In this document: in pieces, positions 53,636 through 63,323 of the stretch
How the letters are laid out: each line of letters opens with the position of its first letter
Position numbering within the stretch: position 1 is the first letter of the stretch
NCBI GenBank assembly: GCA_038321985.1
Contig: JBBQFN010000007.1
Location: forward strand, 1 to 64,000
From: Cyanophyceae cyanobacterium
GTDB lineage: Bacteria > Cyanobacteriota > Cyanobacteriia > Cyanobacteriales > Laspinemataceae
Length of the DNA: 64,000 bases
Direction: 5' to 3'
Made by a program: the position numbers and the translations under genes
The notes under the pieces: model-generated
What the model was told of the DNA's origin: nothing
Seen by the model: only the letters and a program-made list of their open reading frames with translations
Databases searched by the model: none

Positions 53636-55135
53636 TTATTTTTTCAAAATTTCTACCCTTAAGTGAGCTGTGATAGCTTCTTTTAAAAAATCAAATTGCC
53701 TTGTCAAAAAGACCCAATACAAAATGTATTTAAAATTTAAAGGGGTACAAAAACATAGTTTTAATTTATGATTTTTATAATATTCTTGAATTATACTGGC
53801 TAATCCAGCCTCGCGGAAGTCCCTTCTTTTAAGTCTAATTTGATAGGTTTTATAGAAATACTGACAGAGTTGAACCCGAATCCATTTATCCAAATCATGA
53901 AACTGCTGAGTGTCTGTAACAACGGAGAAGAAGCCTACCCAGTTGCGGTTATTTTTTTCGAGTAGGCTCTCACATATCGGACATAGTTTTTCCGGTCTAC
54001 CCTGAATTTTTTTGTTGATAACCTTGCGAACCAATAAAACAAAGCGCTCACGGGGGTTGTCCGGAAATTTATAACTCTTTTCTTTTTTTAGTTTTTGAGA
54101 AATTTTGTTTTGAAATTGCTGAATATTATTTGGACTAATTTTAATATCAGTTAAGCCCAATTCAAATCCTACAAAAACTAAAGGCTTTTTAGAAATGTCT
54201 ACATACTTAGTTTTGGATTTTTCCAAATTATCTAGGATGGGATGAAGCTGAAGTTTTATTTGGGCTAGTTTTTCCTCAACTCGACGATGAATTGCTGGAA
54301 GGTCATCTTTGGTTTTCAGGAGGACAACAAAATCATCAGCATACCGAACATATCGTAAAGGAATTTCTTGGGCTAAATCTTCTAAAATCCATCTATCAAA
54401 TTCATGTAAATATAAGTTGGCCAACATTCCAGAAAGCACCCCTCCTTGAGGAATGCCTTGTAATCGAACCTTTTGGGGGGGCTTATAGTGGTGAAAAATT
54501 TGAATATTTCTGCGTTCATTTTGCTCATCTCTGTAGGGAATTCCGATAGTTTTAATAAACCGTCTGATTAAGGTACTCACCCTACTTTCATGACCAAATA
54601 AATCTTCAATGATAGAAATCAAACGCTCGTGAGCAATAACATCAAAAAATTTAACAATATCGGCATCTAAGCTAAATTGGAAACCGGATTGAATATAGCT
54701 ATGGATCAGTCTAGCTGCTGAAGGAGCAGACTTACCTTTTCGATAAGCGCAGGACACTCGATCTAATTGAGAAGTTGCCTTAAAAAGTTTCTCTACTTCT
54801 TCATATAGAAGTTCGTACAAAATTTTTTGAACGAGAACGTCTCGGATAGTTGCGATCGCTAAAACTCTTTCTTGACCCGACGATGGCTTACTAACGTTAA
54901 ATTCTCGAAACGGGTAAAAAAGATACTTTCCCTGAATTACTTTTTGGGAAATAAATTGACACCGCCTCGATAATTCTTTTTCAAAGGTTTTATAAGAAAT
55001 TCCATCGGCTCCCATTTGGATTCTTATTTCCTTTGTAAAGACATCATATTTAGCCTCTTTATATCTCCAAAAGGCTTCTTCAATTTTTTCCGGTTTAAAG
55101 TATTGACAAAGTTTATCGTCTATTAACTTAGACAT
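53636..55135 (-). CDS. Stand-alone reverse transcriptase, group II intron-like
   Basis: GADG (RT0), KPSSGQERVLAIATIRDVLVQ, AYRKGKS, DADIVKFFD, GIPQGGVLSGMLANLYLHEFD, YVRYADD, FVGF, thumb-like NWVGFF...LDKWIR. Confidence 0.95.
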   Translation of the reverse strand: MSKLIDDKLCQYFKPEKIEEAFWRYKEAKYDVFTKEIRIQMGADGISYKTFEKELSRRCQFISQKVIQGKYLFYPFREFNVSKPSSGQERVLAIATIRDVLVQKILYELLYEEVEKLFKATSQLDRVSCAYRKGKSAPSAARLIHSYIQSGFQFSLDADIVKFFDVIAHERLISIIEDLFGHESRVSTLIRRFIKTIGIPYRDEQNERRNIQIFHHYKPPQKVRLQGIPQGGVLSGMLANLYLHEFDRWILEDLAQEIPLRYVRYADDFVVLLKTKDDLPAIHRRVEEKLAQIKLQLHPILDNLEKSKTKYVDISKKPLVFVGFELGLTDIKISPNNIQQFQNKISQKLKKEKSYKFPDNPRERFVLLVRKVINKKIQGRPEKLCPICESLLEKNNRNWVGFFSVVTDTQQFHDLDKWIRVQLCQYFYKTYQIRLKRRDFREAGLASIIQEYYKNHKLKLCFCTPLNFKYILYWVFLTRQFDFLKEAITAHLRVEILKK

Positions 55136-55139
55136 CTCA

Positions 55140-55460
55140 TTTGGTTTATAATGAGAAAGAGTACCTAAACAAAAAAGTGCAACAGGGAGCCCAAGGTACT
55201 CTCAAATTCATCCTGTTTCCCTACCGATAAACTGTGTAAATTCACAGGTTACCGTTCGGTATTAACATTTGCTTGTTTACTAAACAAGCCGAGGAACCTC
55301 ATATTCAGCGAGAGCTTTATCATCTGGTGGTCCTCTTATTCTTTCATGGCTTATTATACCATGAAACCTAGGCTCCTTGAGATAGACTGCATTAGAACAG
55401 CCCACGGCTGACTCAACGGCCAAGCCCCTAGTTAAGAACAATAAGAGCTTACCTGAGTTT
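55140..55460 (-). ncRNA. Putative structured RT-associated ncRNA / leader
   Basis: At least eight complementary stem pairs packed into ~320 nt with no ORF, directly 5' of the RT. Boundaries inferred. Confidence 0.65.
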
Positions 55461-55464
55461 TATT

Positions 55465-55473
55465 AAAATAGCA
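55465..55473 (-). promoter_or_regulatory. Candidate extended -10 promoter (TGcTATTTT) for the ncRNA-RT unit
   Basis: TGn-TAnnnT pattern just upstream of the first stem. Confidence 0.35.
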
Positions 55474-55720
55474 ACCCCCATCGCCAAACAATGGCAAAAG
55501 CAGGCACAGATTGGCTGACACATTATTTTATCGCTTTAAAGGTTTAAAGATTTATACCGCTAAATGAGGAGGAAAAACCCAGCACCCTGGAAAGGTGGAA
55601 GCTCATAAAACCAAGTCCTCCTACGCGAGCGAAATTACCAAAGCCTTTCCTAAACTGGATTTGGGATGAGTAGGGGTAGCCCATCTGTGTTAGTTTTAGG
55701 GAATGAATCGGTTAATGTAG

Positions 55721-56071
55721 ATGAAACTTGCAGATATTGTCAGCCGTTTGGTTATCGATCCTCGCAAACTGACAGAGTACGCACTTAACCCGGATAACCC
55801 CAAAGGATCTGATAAAGCCCTCATGTTTGAGCGTCATCTTGGATTTACTCAAGATAACTACCAACCTCTACTGCAACAGATTTTGCTTCAAGCCTTAGAA
55901 ACAGAAGCGATTTTGCAGTCCACAGATAAACATGGACAACGCTATCAGGTAGATTTGGAGATTAGGGGAATACAAGAAGGGCAGCAAGAAATTGTCCGCA
56001 CGGGTTGGATAGTTGAATCGGAGAGTGATGCCGCTAGATTAGTTACACTATATGTTAGGAAAAGACCATGA
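55721..56071 (+). CDS. DUF6883-like putative toxin
   Basis: IDPRKLTEYALNPDNPKG..KA..F...LGF, GQRY, VRTGW, RLVTLY. Confidence 0.75.
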   Translation: MKLADIVSRLVIDPRKLTEYALNPDNPKGSDKALMFERHLGFTQDNYQPLLQQILLQALETEAILQSTDKHGQRYQVDLEIRGIQEGQQEIVRTGWIVESESDAARLVTLYVRKRP

Positions 56072-56391
56072 GTGAACCTGAGCTATTTGATATCATTGAA
56101 CTCTTAGTTGATTTGCCAAATTATCATCTGCCAGCCGGAAGTCAGGGAGCGATTGTGGAGTGTTTTGCCGAAGGTGAGTATGAGGTGGAGTTTGCCAATG
56201 AAGAGGGAGAAACTCTGGCGTTATGTACCCTCTCGTCGGAAGAGTTTATCGTAGTTTGGAAAGCGAACACGAAGAGTTGGCTTTCCGTATCTGATCGGCT
56301 TGGGGCTGTGCTTTCCCGGTTGTCGGAGGAACGTCAACAGGAAGTTTTAGAGTTTGCTCGGTCTGTTTATTCTCCGGAGAAATCTGGATGA
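56068..56391 (+). CDS. DUF4926-like partner protein
   Basis: LFDIIELL.DLP...G.QGAIVE, YEVEFANEEGET. ATGA overlap with the upstream gene. Confidence 0.8.
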   Translation: MSEPELFDIIELLVDLPNYHLPAGSQGAIVECFAEGEYEVEFANEEGETLALCTLSSEEFIVVWKANTKSWLSVSDRLGAVLSRLSEERQQEVLEFARSVYSPEKSG

Positions 56392-56426
56392 ATTCAGCCA
56401 TTGTTCAAACCCACCCCATCCTGCCA

Positions 56427-56489
56427 ATTCCCCACAAAAAAGCAGCTTCCAAAACGGCTACTTTTCTATCTCCAGAAGTCCAATCGCTT
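56427..56489 (-). terminator. Diverged copy of the glmS terminator region, located after queD
   Basis: 51/63 identical to 57117-57179. The minus-strand hairpin is retained through G-U pairing. Confidence 0.75.
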
Positions 56490-56501
56490 TGGTTTTTCGC
56501 C

Positions 56502-56891
56502 TCAATCATCCTCATACTCGGCCCAGGAATTGGGCGTTTCTGAGACTGCTACCTTGAGGCGCACGCCTTCTGGTAACCGGCGTGTGGTTTCGTCGTAAAT
56601 ATATTTGGCGATCATCTCTGCCGTGGTTTCATATTCCGGTGGCATCACGTCATTGAGGACACAGTGATCTAATCCGCCTTTGCTGACGTCTCGTTTTGCC
56701 CAACGGAGGGTTTTGAAATCCGCAACCATAACTTCGTGAGGGCAGTATTCTGAGGAGTGCAGCTTGTGTGTTGTTGCTTCTATCCGCACTCGATAGGTAT
56801 GTCCATGCATCCGTCCGCAGGGTCCATCGTAGTCTTTGATGAAGTGGGCACTGTCAAAGGTGAATTCTGTAGTTACTTTCCATTTCGGCAT
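56502..56891 (-). CDS. queD: 6-carboxytetrahydropterin synthase
   Basis: FDSAH, CGRMHGHTY, LDH..LN, TTAE, VSETP. Confidence 0.88.
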   Translation of the reverse strand: MPKWKVTTEFTFDSAHFIKDYDGPCGRMHGHTYRVRIEATTHKLHSSEYCPHEVMVADFKTLRWAKRDVSKGGLDHCVLNDVMPPEYETTAEMIAKYIYDETTRRLPEGVRLKVAVSETPNSWAEYEDD

Positions 56892-57116
56892 TGTTTTTCC
56901 CTCCTGCGATCGCAACCCTACTCGATTCGGACAATAATTAAGGCTCCGATCTACTGCGGTTGAATGAGACTTTGATTATAGTCCAAACTCTCTTAAAAAA
57001 TACCAGGGGAGTCACAAAACTGCTGGCGCAAGTGAATGGGGTGGAGGCGATCGCCTTCAGCATTGCTGTCCTTACCGCCGCTTTCGGGTCAACATCCCCC
57101 GATCAGGATGCGTTCC

Positions 57117-57179
57117 ATTCCCCACAAAAAAGCAGCCTTCGCAAAGGCTGCTTTTCTATCACTCGAAGCCTAGTCGCTT
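57117..57179 (-). terminator. glmS terminator region
   Basis: AAAAGCAGCCTT-CGCA-AAGGCTGCTTTT with a U-run on the minus strand. Confidence 0.85.
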
Positions 57180-57196
57180 CGCTGGAATTATCACAT

Positions 57197-59104
57197 TTAT
57201 TCCACTGTTACCGACTTCGCCAGATTACGGGGTTGATCCACATCTAAACCTCGTCGCGCTGCGATGTGATATGCAAGTAACTGCAAGGGTATGACAGCTA
57301 GAATCGGCGATAGTAACTCATCTACAACCGGCACTTGTAAGACGTCATCAAAAATCTCCGCTGCGTCAAATCCATTTTGCGGGGTTACCCCAATTAATCG
57401 GGCATCCCTTGCTTTTGCTTCTTGGGCGTTGGAAATCACTTTCTCGTACACAGTTCCCGGCATGGCGATCGCCACGACAGGCACTTTCGCATCCAAGAGG
57501 GCGATCGGTCCATGTTTCATTTCCCCTGCCGGATATCCTTCCGCATGGATATAACTGATTTCTTTCAGTTTGAGCGCCCCTTCTAAGGCGATCGGGAAAT
57601 TAATTCCTCGTCCTAAGAAGATAAAATCTTGAGTCTCGGCAAATTCGTGCGCCAACTCCTCTATACGTCCCTCTTGAGAACTGAGCACCTGTTCGATTTG
57701 TGCCGGAAGTTGGCGCAATCCTTGGATAATTTCCTCAATTCTAGCTTCCGGCAAGGTTTTGCGTCGATAGGCCAAGTCTAAGGCTAAACTATAAAATGCC
57801 ATCAACTGGGCGACAAACGTCTTGGTTGCCGCGACCCCGATTTCAATTCCAGCATGGGTATTAATAATGTCCGCGACTAAGTTTCCCAGGGATGACTCGG
57901 GACGATTGGTAATTCCCAACAGTCGGGATTGATACGCACTGGAAAGTCCAATTCGGCGCTGATGTTCCATAGAGAGTGCCGCCAGAGTATCTGCGGTTTC
58001 TCCAGATTGACTGATGCCGACTGCCAGGGTGTAGGGTCGTAAGGGTGCCGGTGCATACCGATATTCGGAGGCATAGTTTACCGAAGTTGGAATTCCTGCC
58101 AGTTGTTCTAACAGGTATTTCCCGACTAAACCGGCGTGCCAACTGGTGCCACAGGCGATGATTTCGATCTGTTGCAAATCCTTGTACAGTTCGGGATTGA
58201 TTCCCAAATTGATCGGGGGTACTTCGTTATCTCCCGGTTGCCACTCCCGGTTAAAATAGGCTTCCAAACAAGTGCGCACAACTGCCGGTTGTTCGTAAAT
58301 CTCCTTATGCATGAAGTGGCGGAATCCTTGTTTTTCCACCAGTACCGGATTGAGTTTAAGGAGTCGGGGGGTTTTTTTGAGGCGATCGCCTCCAAAGTTG
58401 TAAACCTCTACCCCCAATGGCGTCAACCGTGCCATTTCCCCATTTTCCAAAGACAAGACAGCGCAGGTATAGGGTAGGATCGCTGGAGTGTCAGAGGCAC
58501 AGAAAAATTCCCCTTGTCCAAATCCCACGACTAAAGGGGCCTGTTGTCGGGCGACGATTAGTTCATCCGGGTAGTCACTGGAAATCACAGCGATCGCAAA
58601 TGCCCCTTCTAATTTATTCACCGCCTTTCGCACCGCCTCGAAAAACTGCGAGATTAACGGCATAAACCCCGGTGCATCCACCAGAGGTTCCGTCATAAAC
58701 TCCGCGATTAAATGCGGGATAACTTCCGTATCCGTATCGGACCGAAACTCGTGCCCCCTACCTTTGAGTTCCTCCCGTAACTCCCGATAATTTTCAATAA
58801 TCCCATTTTGAACCACCGCGACTTTTTCATGGGTGTCCATGTGGGGATGGGCGTTGTATTCCTCCGGTTTACCGTGAGTTGCCCAGCGGGTATGTCCAAT
58901 GCCGATTTGGGAGGGATTGTCTATCCCTTGTATTTTTTCTCGCAAGTTGTGCAGCTTGCCTTTCGCCCGCACACAATTCAGTTTTCCCTCTACAATCGTT
59001 GCTACACCCGCTGAATCGTAACCGCGATATTCTAGTTTTTCTAATCCAGCGAGTAAAACATCTTTCGCCGCTTGAGTGCCAATATAGCCAACAATTCCGC
59101 ACAT
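57197..59104 (-). CDS. glmS: Glutamine--fructose-6-phosphate transaminase
   Basis: MCGIVG, GHTRWATHG, SQSGETADT, PRNLAKSVTVE. Confidence 0.98.
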   Translation of the reverse strand: MCGIVGYIGTQAAKDVLLAGLEKLEYRGYDSAGVATIVEGKLNCVRAKGKLHNLREKIQGIDNPSQIGIGHTRWATHGKPEEYNAHPHMDTHEKVAVVQNGIIENYRELREELKGRGHEFRSDTDTEVIPHLIAEFMTEPLVDAPGFMPLISQFFEAVRKAVNKLEGAFAIAVISSDYPDELIVARQQAPLVVGFGQGEFFCASDTPAILPYTCAVLSLENGEMARLTPLGVEVYNFGGDRLKKTPRLLKLNPVLVEKQGFRHFMHKEIYEQPAVVRTCLEAYFNREWQPGDNEVPPINLGINPELYKDLQQIEIIACGTSWHAGLVGKYLLEQLAGIPTSVNYASEYRYAPAPLRPYTLAVGISQSGETADTLAALSMEHQRRIGLSSAYQSRLLGITNRPESSLGNLVADIINTHAGIEIGVAATKTFVAQLMAFYSLALDLAYRRKTLPEARIEEIIQGLRQLPAQIEQVLSSQEGRIEELAHEFAETQDFIFLGRGINFPIALEGALKLKEISYIHAEGYPAGEMKHGPIALLDAKVPVVAIAMPGTVYEKVISNAQEAKARDARLIGVTPQNGFDAAEIFDDVLQVPVVDELLSPILAVIPLQLLAYHIAARRGLDVDQPRNLAKSVTVE

Positions 59105-59443
59105 TTATCCGTTAACTCCTCTCGATACGGTGCAATGGATAGAATTTTAGTTTTTCTGTACTGTTTCTGCTATAACTACATCCCATTATCCTTCCCTAAC
59201 TTCCCCAAATGGCGATCGCCTGGTATGAGCAAAAATCGACAGCGCGATCGCGGATGCAAATAACCCCTACAGCAAGTTGATAGTCTCTTCCCCTGCCTAG
59301 TCTCTGATTCCGGAAATGGCTTTCCCCGGTATCTCCACCCCGACGCGAAAAAAAGAGGGGCCCAAGGCTCCCTCTTTCTATTCAAACCCTTTAACGATTA
59401 AAAAACACTCCTGAAAAAGGAATGCTTTTCAATCATCCCGTCT

Positions 59444-59692
<249 letters not shown>

Positions 59693-60042
59693 TTATAAAC
59701 TCCCAACGTGTTCTCAACAAATTTTTGGATCTGGTAATAGCGGCTTTAACAGCTAGAGTCACTGTTAAAGCTGTCGAAATCTTGGCTTAGTTTATCGTAG
59801 TCCTACCTACTCCTCTCATAAAAGGAGCGAGAACTTAAAAGATCGTAATATATTGCCCGCTCCTTTTACTAGAGGGGTCAGGATGCGATCGGGTTTAAAT
59901 CTTTTGCAGACTGCCTATCTCCATCCTTTTGTAACAAATCTTTACCCCTTCCCCGGGACCTATCTTCAATGGCACTCAATCAAGTTCCCCGTTCCACTTA
60001 AGAGAACCACAGCAAGTCGTGACGTTGAAAATCGGATAAGTT

Positions 60043-60948
60043 TTAGAGGCCCAACTTGTCTAAAACGCTTCGGGTGGATACTACATGGCGATCTAACCCA
60101 AGTTCTTTGGGGGGGATGCCTAACGCTAAGGCGACTAATTGCGGCAGATGGAGGACCGGCAGATCTAACTTATGACCCATGAATTTAGCCACTTCCGGTT
60201 GCCGAGAGTCTAGGTTGAGGTGACACAAGGGACAAGGGGTGACTAAACAATCCGCACCGGCTGCGATCGCCTCGTCAAGATGGGTCCCGGCCATTTGAAA
60301 GGCTTGGTCTGTGGCATAACTGGATAGGGGCCAGCCACAGCATTGGGTTCGTCCTGGGTAATAAACTGGAGTGGCTCCTACGGTCCGAAATACATTTTCC
60401 ATGGATTCCGGTTGATAGGGGTCGTCATAGGGGATACTTTTTTGAGCACGGAGCAGATAGCAGCCATAGAATGCCGCACATTTAAGCCCACTCAGCTTGC
60501 GGGTCACTCGTTTTTGGAGTTCGTCCAGTCCATAATCCGTGACTAATGCCCATAATAGATGTTTGACTTCGGTACTGCCTTGATAGGGAGCACAATTTTG
60601 TTTTTGCAGCAAGCCGTTAATCTGGTTAAGGTAAGCGGGGTCTGAGGTTTGGAAATCTTTGAGACGTTCGTTTACATGACCGATTACCCCTTGACAAGTG
60701 CTGCAATGGGTGAGGAGGGGGAGGTTAAGTTGTTCAGCCAGGGCAATATTGCGGGCGTTGACTGTATCTTCTAGGAGGCGGGAATCTTCTTTAAAAGTGC
60801 CGGAACCGCAGCAGGAGGCCTTTTTGAGTTCGAGCAGTTCGATGCCTAGGGCTTTGGTTAGAGCGGCAGTGGATTGATAAAGTTCGCCGCAGGCTCCTTG
60901 AGCGACACAGCCGGGAAAGTAAGCATATTTGAGGGGAACTGATGGCAT
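60043..60948 (-). CDS. HdrB-like CCG-domain protein
   Basis: YFPGC, SCCG, FYGC, QCCG, TPCPLC. Confidence 0.88.
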   Translation of the reverse strand: MPSVPLKYAYFPGCVAQGACGELYQSTAALTKALGIELLELKKASCCGSGTFKEDSRLLEDTVNARNIALAEQLNLPLLTHCSTCQGVIGHVNERLKDFQTSDPAYLNQINGLLQKQNCAPYQGSTEVKHLLWALVTDYGLDELQKRVTRKLSGLKCAAFYGCYLLRAQKSIPYDDPYQPESMENVFRTVGATPVYYPGRTQCCGWPLSSYATDQAFQMAGTHLDEAIAAGADCLVTPCPLCHLNLDSRQPEVAKFMGHKLDLPVLHLPQLVALALGIPPKELGLDRHVVSTRSVLDKLGL

Positions 60949-61510
60949 GGCAGTGGCCGAGTAGAGAGGACGGAAAGGGCGATCGCCAGGGTAGGTATCC
61001 TGATCGCTTCTTCTATTATTATGATGTCCCCTTGGGGCGAAGCACTGCATCTTGTTTTTGTTTGATCGCCTCCCCTGTGCGTTGGGGACAGTTGAGTGGG
61101 CTCTCCGTGTAGAAAAAGAGACCCCACCTTAACCCAGCCTTGCCTCTAGGGGAGAGGAATAGAGGTGGCTCTAGACTGAATGGAGTTAGGTAAGCCTCAA
61201 AAAACCTCCAATTGTCAGGAAGAGATCCGGGGGTTTAGAGGACAGATGAAACTTTGAGAATTGGCACTTGAGGGAAGAGAGAAAAATAGGCATTCTACTC
61301 AGGAAACAAAAGGATAGGAAATCGCGTGTGGGTGATGCATCTTTTCAGATAAGATGAGAAAATGGCTTTGTCCCACTCATCGGGCATAGGAGTTTTAGAA
61401 ACGACTAAGGGCCAGAGCGAGAAAATAGGGAAGGGACAATCGCAGGTTAGAACGGCCCCACCCAAGCCCCAATTTGTTATGATTTGCTGCATTCTAAAGA
61501 GGACATCCCC

Positions 61511-61762
61511 ATGAGTCAAGAAGACATTTTTTCCAAAGTCAAGAAAATCGTCACGGAGCAACTGGAAGTCGAAGGTGATCAAGTCAAAGCCGAAGCCAGC
61601 TTTGCCGAAGATCTCGGAGCTGATTCCCTGGATACAGTGGAATTGGTAATGGCCTTAGAAGAAGAGTTTGATATTGAAATTCCCGACGAAGAGGCCGAAA
61701 AAATCACCACGGTTCAAGATGCCGTGAAATACATTAGCAGCCAAGTTGCAGCAAAAGCATAA
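61511..61762 (+). CDS. acpP: Acyl carrier protein
   Basis: [20 protein letters not shown]. Confidence 0.98.
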   Translation: MSQEDIFSKVKKIVTEQLEVEGDQVKAEASFAEDLGADSLDTVELVMALEEEFDIEIPDEEAEKITTVQDAVKYISSQVAAKA

Positions 61763-61822
61763 AGTTTACTGCTTTCACCTGGATTGTGCGTGTTTGGTGT
61801 GGCAGAAAGAGATACAGCAATC

Positions 61823-63073
61823 ATGACCAGCATAGAACGAAAACGAGTTGTTGTTACGGGTCTCGGTGCGATTACGCCAATCGGCAATACCTTACAGGAG
61901 TATTGGGAAGGGTTATCGAGCGGGCGCAATGGCATTGGTCCCATTACCCTGTTCGATCCGTCGAATCATTCCTGCCGGATTGCCGGTGAGGTGAAGGGAT
62001 TTGACCCCCATGAATACTTGGAACGCAAAGAAGCCAAGCGCATGGATCGATTTGCTCAGTTTGCGATCGCCGCGAGTAAGCAAGCGATCGCCGATGCGAG
62101 TTTTGAGATTAATGACTTGAACGCAGAGCAGGTGGGCATCGTCATCGGGAATGGCATCGGTGGCATGAAGGTAATGGAAGATCAGCAAACGATCTACCTC
62201 GATCGCGGACCGGACCGATGCAGTCCATTCATGGTTCCGATGATGATCGCGAACATGGCAGCAGGGCTGACGGCCATTCATACGGGAGCCAAGGGACCCA
62301 ATTCTTGTGTAGTGACGGCTTGTGCAGCGGGTTCCAATGCCGTGGGAGATGCCTTTCGCCTCATCCAAGGCGGATACGCTCAAGCCATGATTTGTGGGGG
62401 AACAGAAGCGGCAGTGACACCGTTATCCGTTGCCGGGTTTGCAGCGGCGCGGGCAGTTTCCACCCGGAATGATGATCCGCTTCATGCTTGCCGTCCTTTT
62501 GATCGCGATCGCGATGGATTTGTGATGGGCGAAGGAGCCGGCATTTTACTCCTCGAAGAACTAGAACACGCTCTGGCACGAGGGGCAAAAATCTATGCCG
62601 AAATGGTAGGCTATGCCATGACCTGTGATGCCTATCATATGACCTCCCCCGTCCCCGGTGGTGAAGGGGCCACGCGAGCGATGTTACTCGCCCTGAAAGA
62701 TGCCGGAATCTCACCGGAACAGGTGAGCTACATCAATGCTCACGGCACCAGTACCGCCGCCAACGATAAGACGGAAACCAACGCGATTAAAAACGCTTTG
62801 GGAGACCATGCTTACAAGGTGGCAGTCAGCTCTACAAAGTCAATGACCGGGCATTTGTTAGGGGGTTCGGGCGGTATAGAAGCCGTGGCAACAGTAATGG
62901 CAGTCGCCAATGACAAAGTACCGCCGACGATTAATCTGGAAAATCCAGATCCGGACTGCGATCTCGATTATGTGCCTCATCATAGCCGGGAATGCCCGGT
63001 CAATGTAGCACTGTCCAATTCCTTCGGGTTTGGTGGACATAACGTCACCCTAGCCTTTAAAAAGTACCAATAA
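61823..63073 (+). CDS. fabF: 3-oxoacyl-ACP synthase II
   Basis: RVVVTGLG, TACAAG, NAHGTST, GHLLG, SNSFGFGGHN. Confidence 0.97.
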   Translation: MTSIERKRVVVTGLGAITPIGNTLQEYWEGLSSGRNGIGPITLFDPSNHSCRIAGEVKGFDPHEYLERKEAKRMDRFAQFAIAASKQAIADASFEINDLNAEQVGIVIGNGIGGMKVMEDQQTIYLDRGPDRCSPFMVPMMIANMAAGLTAIHTGAKGPNSCVVTACAAGSNAVGDAFRLIQGGYAQAMICGGTEAAVTPLSVAGFAAARAVSTRNDDPLHACRPFDRDRDGFVMGEGAGILLLEELEHALARGAKIYAEMVGYAMTCDAYHMTSPVPGGEGATRAMLLALKDAGISPEQVSYINAHGTSTAANDKTETNAIKNALGDHAYKVAVSSTKSMTGHLLGGSGGIEAVATVMAVANDKVPPTINLENPDPDCDLDYVPHHSRECPVNVALSNSFGFGGHNVTLAFKKYQ

Positions 63074-63323
63074 AGGGTAAGGTGACAAGGTTGCCGGATG
63101 AAGTTTGTTTTCATGTTTCACCGGAACGGTTAAGCCAACAGATCACGGGTTTCATTCTCGATACTCGCTCCTTGTCACTTTACCCTTGCCCATCGATCCG
63201 GGTGATGGAATCATGGAATTAGCCGTTTGAGGCGATCGCAAGTCGTTTACTTTCGCTCAAAACCCCTGTATTACCAGACTCCCCCTTAGACTAAAGACCC
63301 TCATTATTTAGACAAAAGAAACT

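Noticed and set aside
53636..55135. DGR, retron or CRISPR-associated RT
   Set aside because: Has QGGVLS rather than GNxxSQ. No TR/VR pair or avd, no NAxxH/VTG, and no cas genes or array in the window.
55311..55450. AGAGCTT repeated 133 nt apart as DRT2-like template-jump sites
   Set aside because: Only 7 bp, the spacing is not a multiple of 3, and the RT does not resemble DRT2. Insufficient evidence.
53300..55700. Complete group II intron
   Set aside because: No domain V/VI-like sequence after the RT stop, no GUGCG 5' end at the start of the structured leader, and the leader is short for domains I-III.
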